A stretch of 64,000 bases of DNA from a virus. Made by a program: the position numbers and the translations under genes. The DNA lies in IMG/VR virus record IMGVR_UViG_3300026097_001200, positions 32,001 through 96,000 of that record; one strand, written 5' to 3'. The notes under the pieces are model-generated. The model ran no database searches, had not been told where the DNA came from, and saw only the letters and a program-made list of their open reading frames with translations. Each line of letters starts with the position of its first letter. The first letter of the stretch is position 1. Below are positions 19,104 through 26,873 of the stretch, in pieces.

Positions 19104-19471
19104 AATTCACAGCCGTTCGTGGCAGGTATCTACCAAAAAATCCAGAAAAATACACAGGAAATGTAAACTGTATTACATACCGTAGTCTCTGGGAGAGAAG
19201 ATTCATGCTCTACTGCGACAGGTCTCCAAAAATACTGAAATGGAGTTCTGAAGAATTACACATACCTTACGTGGGCGTAGACGATCGGATACACAACTAT
19301 TATCCAGACTTTGTTGTCGAGACACATGACGATAGAACCATTGTAGTAGAAATAAAGCCTGGCTTTCAACGAGGCTGGAAGATAAACAAAGCAAAGTGGA
19401 AAAGTGCCAAAAGTTTTTGTAGTGCACTTGGGTATGAATTTAAAGTACTAACAGAAAAGGAGTTGTTCTAG
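19100..19471 (+). CDS. head-completion nuclease (T4 gp4-like, TnsA-N PD-(D/E)xK fold)
   Basis: KNPEKY.G...YRSLWE...WSSEE..IPY...YYPDF...EIKP. Confidence 0.85.
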   Translation: MKFTAVRGRYLPKNPEKYTGNVNCITYRSLWERRFMLYCDRSPKILKWSSEELHIPYVGVDDRIHNYYPDFVVETHDDRTIVVEIKPGFQRGWKINKAKWKSAKSFCSALGYEFKVLTEKELF

Positions 19472-19671
19472 TGACCTTGCCAGTTGAACGAAAAAATGCA
19501 GTTTTAAATGTTGAACAGTTTTTAATGGACCTTCGAGATCCTAAAAAATATCCACGTGTGCCCGGAGCAGTGCGTGAACAGGCAAGCAGATTGCTCAAGC
19601 ATTATCCTAGCAAGTTTGATATGGAATCTGCGGCGGAATCCGCCCCTGATGTTTTTGGAGATAAACTTTGA
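19471..19671 (+). CDS. hypothetical phage protein
   Basis: Coupled ORF; PRVP..VR..A..LLKHYP pattern. Confidence 0.65.
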   Translation: MTLPVERKNAVLNVEQFLMDLRDPKKYPRVPGAVREQASRLLKHYPSKFDMESAAESAPDVFGDKL

Positions 19672-20069
19672 TTACCTACAGCACCAACTGGATGGGTCCG
19701 GTCAATATGCAATGGTTTGAAGAACGTGGGTTGGTTGAAAATAACAAAATCACCACATACTATTCAGCAGGTCGTATTGATATTCGTGACAGTAGTAAAG
19801 AAGGTTATGATGGCTGGAATGAATACAGTCTACCTCCTATGCACGGTGAAGACTGGAATGACTTCAGTAGTTGGTTAGAAAGTTTTCAAACACACGAACT
19901 GTGGGAGTTTGATGACATCATAAAGTTGTATGAAAGTGCAAGTGGTAGAAAGATCCGGTGGGCAGAGGACACTTGGTATAAGTGTTATGAATGTGGATTG
20001 GTCACAGACTTACGAAAAACTACAGTGCATATTCACAAGATGGGTTGTAGTAGGAACTGGGATGAATAA
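19668..20069 (+). CDS. hypothetical protein with C-terminal CxxC...H...C
   Basis: Coupled ORF, GGAG RBS. Confidence 0.6.
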   Translation: MITYSTNWMGPVNMQWFEERGLVENNKITTYYSAGRIDIRDSSKEGYDGWNEYSLPPMHGEDWNDFSSWLESFQTHELWEFDDIIKLYESASGRKIRWAEDTWYKCYECGLVTDLRKTTVHIHKMGCSRNWDE

Positions 20070-20340
20070 AAAAGAAATCAATCAGATGGAATCCAAACTC
20101 AGAGAGAAACTGATGAGGGAGCGGTGGGAGCTGACCGCCAAACAAGAAGCATATGACAAGGTGAAGATGGAAAGTTTCAAAGCGAGTTCTGCTCTGGAAG
20201 GTATTAACTACAGCGAAGAAGTGTCATGTAAAGATCATCCTGATGCACCACATGGATTTGATCGCGACTCAAGTCACGCACTGGGTCGCTATGTTTGCGA
20301 GTGTGAAGGCTGGGAGCCAGAAGATGAAAACGATCACTGA
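20062..20340 (+). CDS. hypothetical protein
   Basis: ATG 20062 (MNKKEINQ...); C..HPDAPHGF...CEC. Confidence 0.6.
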   Translation: MNKKEINQMESKLREKLMRERWELTAKQEAYDKVKMESFKASSALEGINYSEEVSCKDHPDAPHGFDRDSSHALGRYVCECEGWEPEDENDH

Positions 20341-20545
20341 CGAAGAATACGAGTTGTTTGAGAGACTCAAAAACATTTGGATGCACAGTGCTCCTAAACA
20401 GAGCGGACGGTATTTTGTCTGTGGTGAAGGTGGTGATCGAGATACGGTGGGATTGCCTGAGAAAATTCTAGTGTGTCCAGCCTATGGGTCAGATGGCTTC
20501 GCCATATACACCAAGACCACAGACTATTCAGCACCAGGATATTGA
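20324..20545 (+). CDS. hypothetical protein
   Basis: ATG 20324 after GGGAG. Confidence 0.6.
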   Translation: MKTITDEEYELFERLKNIWMHSAPKQSGRYFVCGEGGDRDTVGLPEKILVCPAYGSDGFAIYTKTTDYSAPGY

Positions 20546-20555
20546 GGATTAGAAA

Positions 20556-20762
20556 ATGATTGAGATCAATGAAAGAACAGCTAAATTCACAGAACTTAAA
20601 CCATACGACTTCACTGCCAAACCAGATGACTACATGGAAGTCTGTGAGTGGTCAAACGGCGAAGGGGTTGATGTTAACATTAACTCAAACGGTGACCAAC
20701 GATTCAGTTTAACTTGGGGTCAGTGGGAAGCGTTAAATGCATTGATAGCATACAAGGAGTAG
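20556..20762 (+). CDS. hypothetical protein
   Basis: GAGGA RBS. Confidence 0.65.
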   Translation: MIEINERTAKFTELKPYDFTAKPDDYMEVCEWSNGEGVDVNINSNGDQRFSLTWGQWEALNALIAYKE

Positions 20763-20765
20763 AGC

Positions 20766-21089
20766 ATGGAAATTGAATCAATGGAAGCAGAACAAGGCAT
20801 CACTCCTAACAGTTGGGTTATCCTAGAAATCAATCATGAAGGCAAGCAGTTTCAAAAGATTCTGAGTGGCTGGAGTGGTGGCTATCTCGATGGTGATACA
20901 TGGCGTCTGAGCAGCCCTATCAAGGAACTGAATATACAAATCGACAGTGAGTGGATAACAGCAATCACAGAAACTGGCAGCACATATAAATTGTTAAAAG
21001 AATCTCAAGGATTGCGTATGAGCAATGCTGGAATATACAACCGACTGAAAGAACGGTTCGGTGATATGGTAGAGATAGTGGAGTTATAA
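20766..21089 (+). CDS. hypothetical phage protein
   Basis: AAGGAG RBS; GWSGGYLDGDTWR motif. Confidence 0.7.
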   Translation: MEIESMEAEQGITPNSWVILEINHEGKQFQKILSGWSGGYLDGDTWRLSSPIKELNIQIDSEWITAITETGSTYKLLKESQGLRMSNAGIYNRLKERFGDMVEIVEL

Positions 21090-21364
21090 TGTTTGAATCA
21101 GGAAAGACGTATACCAATCGATATGGAGACGAGTATTCGTGGATTGTGATCAATGATAATACCTATCGATTTGATATGACTAATAATGGTCCTAATTATG
21201 CTCGATGGGGTGGAAAAGAGGGACAAGAAAAGATGGACATGAATGATCTAGGAATGTATGACCCAAGTGGTGGCCCATATATCACGATCGGGATGGAAAT
21301 TGATGGACGTCCGATCAAAAGACTTTTTATTCTAAAAGGTGTATTTGTAGAGGTGAGTGATTAA
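21089..21364 (+). CDS. hypothetical protein
   Basis: TAATG coupling; DPSGGPYI motif. Confidence 0.65.
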   Translation: MFESGKTYTNRYGDEYSWIVINDNTYRFDMTNNGPNYARWGGKEGQEKMDMNDLGMYDPSGGPYITIGMEIDGRPIKRLFILKGVFVEVSD

Positions 21365-21536
21365 ACTTCCTAAACGTAAAATATTCCGCTTTCTGGTTAA
21401 TACTTTTGATCAAGTAAACTTTTTGATTCAAGATCGATTCAATCTCAATCCAAAGCGCACAATTCTAGAAGCACAGCAAGACCTTGTGACTCTCAATGAA
21501 CTTGAAAGGACCATTGGCAAAAGTCTTGGCCTATAA
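21357..21536 (+). CDS. 59-aa hypothetical protein (absent from ORF track)
   Basis: GAGGT RBS, GTG start, open frame MIKLPKRKIF... fills the gap. Confidence 0.55.
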   Translation: MIKLPKRKIFRFLVNTFDQVNFLIQDRFNLNPKRTILEAQQDLVTLNELERTIGKSLGL

Positions 21537-21539
21537 ATA
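21532..21539 (+). promoter_or_regulatory. T4-type late promoter motif
   Basis: Exact TATAAATA ending 6 nt before an ATG that has no RBS. Confidence 0.6.
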
Positions 21540-21545
21540 CTGCTC

Positions 21546-22511
21546 ATGAAATTAGAAAGAGTAGTACTTGAAGTTTTCGGCGGTTGTAACTACACCTGCG
21601 ACATGTGTCCGCAAAGCACAGGACGTGGTCGCGACTTCACTCGCAAAATGCCGCTGGACCTGTTTGAATCTGTGCTTGATCAAATCACTCCACGCTACGG
21701 TACTCCTGTAATCAACCTTGAAGGTTCTGGTGAGCCTACGCTAGCACAGGACCTACCACTGTATGTAGAAGCTTGCACTCGCCGTGGATTGCCCAGCTTT
21801 ATGTACTGCAACGGCGCACTGCTAAAAGGCACATTCATGCAGGATGTGGTAGACGCTGGCATTGACTTTGTGAGATTCAGCTGCATTGGCTACAACAAAG
21901 AACTGTATGCCAAGTGGATGAGCACTGACAACTTTGACTTGGTTAAACAAAACGCTGTTGACGCACAAGCCTATATAAAACAAACCAACAGCAGTTGCGA
22001 AATCAGCAGCTATCATCTCATACTCGATCCTGACCGCATGGACTACGAAATTTCACAGTATCAAACCAACTTTATTGATCCTGTTGGCAGTGTGGGTTAT
22101 ATTTGGAAAATGCACAACTGGAGTGGCAACTACCAACCATTGTACTTTAGAAATCCCAAACAGAGAAAAACCTGCGGAAGACCATTTGCACCTGAACTCA
22201 CTGTGAGAGCAGGAGGACTAGATGGCAAGCAAGGAGCAGTTACACCCTGTTGTCAGACCATGGGCCCACCAAACGAAGCACTCAGTGTACTAGGACACTT
22301 TGAAGACCAAAGATTCGAAGATATCTACTGGGGAGATGCATACGAACAGCTGAGATCTGCTCACAGCGAAGGCAGATTTGACGACATTGAATATTGCAAA
22401 AACTGTGATTTTTTGTACGATGATCCCGAAGTACTGGTATGGAGCAATGATCCAAATGCCAGTGTCAACTACATGCTGGGCACTGACTTTAAACTCAGTG
22501 ACTATCAATGA
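21546..22511 (+). CDS. radical SAM protein with C-terminal SPASM/Twitch domain
   Basis: CNYTCDMC, GSGEP; CGRPF...PCC...CKNC. Confidence 0.9.
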   Translation: MKLERVVLEVFGGCNYTCDMCPQSTGRGRDFTRKMPLDLFESVLDQITPRYGTPVINLEGSGEPTLAQDLPLYVEACTRRGLPSFMYCNGALLKGTFMQDVVDAGIDFVRFSCIGYNKELYAKWMSTDNFDLVKQNAVDAQAYIKQTNSSCEISSYHLILDPDRMDYEISQYQTNFIDPVGSVGYIWKMHNWSGNYQPLYFRNPKQRKTCGRPFAPELTVRAGGLDGKQGAVTPCCQTMGPPNEALSVLGHFEDQRFEDIYWGDAYEQLRSAHSEGRFDDIEYCKNCDFLYDDPEVLVWSNDPNASVNYMLGTDFKLSDYQ

Positions 22512-23341
22512 CCGACGCAGACTTTGTATGGGCAGAACCAGAACGCATTAACACTCGTGTAGGCAGCACTCTTACTAGATCAAAAAATTCATTAAATGAA
22601 ATCTGGTGGTATAAAAAACCGGGTTATATAGATGAAACTGTGGCATATATTAAACAAGTTTGCGAGTTTACAGATTCAGACAGTTATGTTATTGAAACTA
22701 CTAGCGATGCACTAAAAAACTTAGTGGATACAGTAAACTACATGAGTGTTTACAGAATGTTCTCGGATACCATGTGGGGACTACTTGCAAATGATAAAAG
22801 GCCACGATGCTATAGATATGACTCAGACTACATGCCGCTTCACAACAAGTCAGACAAATCTTTTTTTTACAATCTAACTAAATTACACCAGTTTTACACC
22901 GATCCTCCGTTACTTTTTCGGACGCCTTTTAGTATTGGCGCCTTGCAGAAAAAACCTCCGTTTATGCTTGCTATTCATCCTGGGTCTTATAGACTTTTTT
23001 CTACTCTTTTTTTGCCTGAAAATATTTATTGTTGTTTGTTACTGCCAGTAGACGCACATGCATTAATCAATAATTTAAATATAGAATTCAATAAAACAAA
23101 AACTATTCTTTCAATAAACAACAAAGAATTAATTAAAACACTGAATATTAATCTTTACAGTAACTTGCATATTTCTTGGAGTTCTCAAACAGGAATACAA
23201 CTTGTCGAAAATCACTCCGAGTTAGCAGAATACGCAAAGCAATACGAAATCAAATGGACTGGTAGACAGTTTGTGGTAAATGATGTTATAATTGCAACAC
23301 TTAAAAATAATATTTTTATTCCACCTGGCCCAATAGGATAA
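22508..23341 (+). CDS. hypothetical protein (AT-rich)
   Basis: 277-aa ORF, ATGA coupling. Confidence 0.6.
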   Translation: MTDADFVWAEPERINTRVGSTLTRSKNSLNEIWWYKKPGYIDETVAYIKQVCEFTDSDSYVIETTSDALKNLVDTVNYMSVYRMFSDTMWGLLANDKRPRCYRYDSDYMPLHNKSDKSFFYNLTKLHQFYTDPPLLFRTPFSIGALQKKPPFMLAIHPGSYRLFSTLFLPENIYCCLLLPVDAHALINNLNIEFNKTKTILSINNKELIKTLNINLYSNLHISWSSQTGIQLVENHSELAEYAKQYEIKWTGRQFVVNDVIIATLKNNIFIPPGPIG

Positions 23342-23345
23342 TAGC

Positions 23346-24056
23346 ATGGCAACAATTGAAGAGAAAGAAGAACTTGTAGATACACTCAAAGGACCAAAGT
23401 ACTATCGTATCCAGATATCTGGCTATGGCGGCGAGAGTTCCTACATGAAAATCAGCAAACAAGCACATGATTTTTGGCAACAGGTTACAGAAGAAAACGG
23501 CGAAGATGATCTTGTTCAGTACATGCTCAACGCTGAAGATGGCAATCTCGACGACCTAGAAGTAGTAGTGCCACCTGAGGCTATGTTTATGGTAGATGAA
23601 GACGGCGACGGTCGGCCATGGTACGAGCCGGTAGAAGAAATTGATCACTCGTTTGGTGCTAGTCTTCAATCCAGTTGGATCACAGTAGACGAAATTGACT
23701 CAGATGACTACAATGCAAATTATGTTGCTGAAGTCATCAACCGACAAGATATTTTAGAATTAAATGATCAACTGTGCGAAGATCACGAAATTGAGATCAT
23801 ATCCATGAGCTGTTGTGACGAACCCGAAGATGCACCTTATATTGCTCAAATGTATTCAATGGAAAAGGGCTGTTTTTGGGAAAGCATTATTGAAACAACA
23901 GGCAAATTTGATCCTAAAAAACTTGTAATTTATACTGTGGAATTTCTCAACGGCGAAGACACTATAACCGAAGTACACTACGACGGTATAGAAACAGAAA
24001 ATTTCGGAGGTGATACCAACGGAAAGGGATACACAGCCGCAGTTTGGAGTAGCTAG
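23346..24056 (+). CDS. acidic hypothetical phage protein
   Basis: 236 aa; GYGGE...EKG.F...DTNGK. Confidence 0.7.
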   Translation: MATIEEKEELVDTLKGPKYYRIQISGYGGESSYMKISKQAHDFWQQVTEENGEDDLVQYMLNAEDGNLDDLEVVVPPEAMFMVDEDGDGRPWYEPVEEIDHSFGASLQSSWITVDEIDSDDYNANYVAEVINRQDILELNDQLCEDHEIEIISMSCCDEPEDAPYIAQMYSMEKGCFWESIIETTGKFDPKKLVIYTVEFLNGEDTITEVHYDGIETENFGGDTNGKGYTAAVWSS

Positions 24057-24138
24057 TGTACTGACTCGCTAAATACTCTTGGCAACAGGAGTATACCATG
24101 TCCATTCAATTTGTTGTCCGGAGTCGGTGATCTGGACC

Positions 24139-24606
24139 ATGCGTGATATAAACTTAAATCAAGTTATTGAATATATCAATGCACAAGGTCCAGAAACCAG
24201 AATCTATCTCGGAGCCGATTCAGCTCGAATTAACAAAAACAGCACGTGGTACGCTGAATATACCGTAGCAGTGGTAGTACACATCAATGGATGCAACGGT
24301 TGTAAAATCTTTGGAGAAGTTTCTAGAGAACGAGACTTTGACAAACGAATAAATCGGCCCGCTCTGCGCTTGATGACCGAAGTATATAAGGTCAGCGACA
24401 TGTACCAACGATTAAATCCACACATTGCACAAGATATAGAAGTGCACTTAGATATCAATCCTTCTGATAAATATGCCAGTAGTGCAGTAATTCAGCAGGC
24501 AATTGGCTATATAAAAGGCACATGCAATACAACCCCTAAGGTTAAGCCGGATGCCTGGGCAGCATCCAGTGCTGCTGACAATCTCACATCAATTTTAGCA
24601 GCATAA
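24139..24606 (+). CDS. RNase H-like YkuK/DUF458 family protein
   Basis: IYLGADS, LRLMTEV, EVHLDIN and KPDAWAAS.AAD; ATG 24139. Confidence 0.8.
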   Translation: MRDINLNQVIEYINAQGPETRIYLGADSARINKNSTWYAEYTVAVVVHINGCNGCKIFGEVSRERDFDKRINRPALRLMTEVYKVSDMYQRLNPHIAQDIEVHLDINPSDKYASSAVIQQAIGYIKGTCNTTPKVKPDAWAASSAADNLTSILAA

Positions 24607-24610
24607 ATCT

Positions 24611-26137
24611 ATGAAAAATCATGCATTAATATTCCAAGTTTTTGGCAGGCCCGATGAGTGGTCAGGACGACCACTGGGCGGTCACCGTATTGCTAGCTAT
24701 CTTCGCAATGAACATGATTGGGACATAGAGGTTCTTGATTTTTTCAATCAGTGGACTATCGAAGAGCTACAACAATATGTAGACAGTAGGATAAACAGTC
24801 ATACCAAATTTATTGGATTCAGTTTACTGTTTAGTATATGGCCGGATACAGCAGAACAACTGTGTGCGTATGTTAAAACAAAACACCCTTACATTAAGAT
24901 TCTAACAGGCGGTGCAGTCCACCCGCAGTACAAAAGCAATCTCATTGATTTCTATGTAAAAGGCTTTGGCGAAAAAGCAGTTGAAATACTGTTACAATGG
25001 CTGTTTGGCAACGGGCCTCGGCCTGTGTTTATGTTACTCGATGCAGAAAATAGAAAAGTCATTGATGCCAACGACCAGTATCCAGCTTTTCCAATGCGCA
25101 GTTTGATGATTCAATACGAGGATAGAGACTTTATTACACCCGAGGACACCCTGGGTATTGAGTTCAGTAGAGGCTGCAAGTTTAGCTGTGCATTTTGTAA
25201 TTTTCCTGTGCTAGGAGTTAAAGGTGATTACAGTCGTGATGCAGAAGATGCATACAGACATCTCAAAGAAGCCTATGACAGATTTGGTGTGTGGCACTAT
25301 GCTATTGCAGACGAAACGTTCAATGACGATATTAACAAAATAAGAAAATTTGCTGATGTGGTAGAACGGTTACCGTTTACTCCATGGTTCGACGGCTTTG
25401 TGCGAGCAGATTTACTGTCAAGACCTCATGACAACGAAGAACTTGCACGAATGAATGTGCGAGGTCAATTCTATGGTATTGAATCTTTTAATCATGCATC
25501 TGCAAAAGCAGTTGGCAAGGGCATGCATCCAGACAAAGTCAAACAGATTCTGTTGGATACAAAAAAATACATGGAAAGTGTAGGCACTAAAAACTATAGA
25601 GGCACAATAAGCCTGATCATAGGGCTGCCGCACGAAAGTATTGACAGTGTGCTAGCAACAAAACAATGGTTGTTTGATAATTGGCAAACAGAAAGTTATC
25701 ACGGCTTTGCACTTGAATTAACAGCCGATCCAGGAATAAAGAAAAGTAAAATAAGTGCTGAATATGAACAGTACGGATATAAACTGGTGTCGGAGAATAC
25801 CAAGAACAGTTATCAAGGACGAGATGTTGCAAGAAATGGTGCTAAAATGTCTGACCATATCTTAGAGTGGGAAAATCCATACATGACCTACAATGATGCA
25901 GTGGCGCTAACAGACGAGTTTGCAAGACAAAATCTAACAAATGATTTTAGATGCACAAACTATCATTTATCAGCATTTGGTCATTTAAATGACATAAACA
26001 AAATATTGGCTGTTCCTCGTGGGGTAACAGTAGATCATCCTGATACCTATGGTGCTCACCTGCGTCCTAAGATACAGGAAGAAATGCTACGCCTCCTAAA
26101 TCAATACAAAAGTAAAAAACTTAACTGGATGTCATGA
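24611..26137 (+). CDS. B12-binding-domain radical SAM protein
   Basis: N-terminal Rossmann-like domain (IGFS, GG.HP, G.GE), SRGCKFSCAFC, DETFND, GIESF, IIGLPHE. Confidence 0.88.
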   Translation: MKNHALIFQVFGRPDEWSGRPLGGHRIASYLRNEHDWDIEVLDFFNQWTIEELQQYVDSRINSHTKFIGFSLLFSIWPDTAEQLCAYVKTKHPYIKILTGGAVHPQYKSNLIDFYVKGFGEKAVEILLQWLFGNGPRPVFMLLDAENRKVIDANDQYPAFPMRSLMIQYEDRDFITPEDTLGIEFSRGCKFSCAFCNFPVLGVKGDYSRDAEDAYRHLKEAYDRFGVWHYAIADETFNDDINKIRKFADVVERLPFTPWFDGFVRADLLSRPHDNEELARMNVRGQFYGIESFNHASAKAVGKGMHPDKVKQILLDTKKYMESVGTKNYRGTISLIIGLPHESIDSVLATKQWLFDNWQTESYHGFALELTADPGIKKSKISAEYEQYGYKLVSENTKNSYQGRDVARNGAKMSDHILEWENPYMTYNDAVALTDEFARQNLTNDFRCTNYHLSAFGHLNDINKILAVPRGVTVDHPDTYGAHLRPKIQEEMLRLLNQYKSKKLNWMS

Positions 26138-26841
26138 TAGTCAAACAACCTTATAATATTCAGCTTTGGAAACAGAACTGGCAACAGTTACCTCAAGCTA
26201 AACAAATAGAAGACAGTACAGATCATTACTGTTGGAGCTATAGAGATCTATCATTTCTCAAGGCCTGGCTCAACGACACTGTGTATATACATTCAAGAGA
26301 ATTTTGCATCAAGCACAATGTTACTGACATGCAAAGTTGGTACTATCTTAGTCACTTAGAAATACAAGATTCTGACACTGCTATAGATATTGGCTGCGGA
26401 TTGCACCCATGGAAGCAATATTTTCCTAACTTGATTGGCATGGACAGCTGGAAGGATATAAATCCCGACATAGTTGATGTCTTTGACAAAGAGTTTTGTT
26501 TAAACAGAACAGAATTATTTGATAAAATTGTTGCAGTTAACAGTATCCATTTTGCTAGTGCATTAGAAATGGCAGATAGAATACAGTGGATTTACAACAT
26601 GTTAAAACCAGGCGGACGAGCATGGATCGGCACCAATCTTGAAACATGGTTGATGTACACCAGCCCGGAAGATTTTCCTATTATGACTCTAGAATCTGCT
26701 GTTTCTTACATTCAATCTATACTTGGAATGTGGCAAGATCTAGCAATTGTAGTTGATTATCAATTGTCTGCAGATAAACACAGCAGTATACGCAACGATC
26801 TCAACGGCAACCTCCACTTGGTATTACAGAAGCCTGTCTAG
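26134..26841 (+). CDS. class I SAM-dependent methyltransferase
   Basis: IDIGCG, NSIHF, LKPGG. Confidence 0.8.
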   Translation: MIVKQPYNIQLWKQNWQQLPQAKQIEDSTDHYCWSYRDLSFLKAWLNDTVYIHSREFCIKHNVTDMQSWYYLSHLEIQDSDTAIDIGCGLHPWKQYFPNLIGMDSWKDINPDIVDVFDKEFCLNRTELFDKIVAVNSIHFASALEMADRIQWIYNMLKPGGRAWIGTNLETWLMYTSPEDFPIMTLESAVSYIQSILGMWQDLAIVVDYQLSADKHSSIRNDLNGNLHLVLQKPV

Positions 26842-26873
26842 CGTCTAGGCTAAATATGTAACAGGAGTCACGA

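Noticed and set aside
19100-19471. Tn7 TnsA transposase
   Set aside because: Short stand-alone nuclease with T4 gp4-type N-terminus; no tnsB/tnsC or transposon ends
24098-24130. 10-codon ORF MSIQFVVRSR with AGGAG RBS ahead of the YkuK-like gene
   Set aside because: Possible leader peptide but too short to support without conservation data
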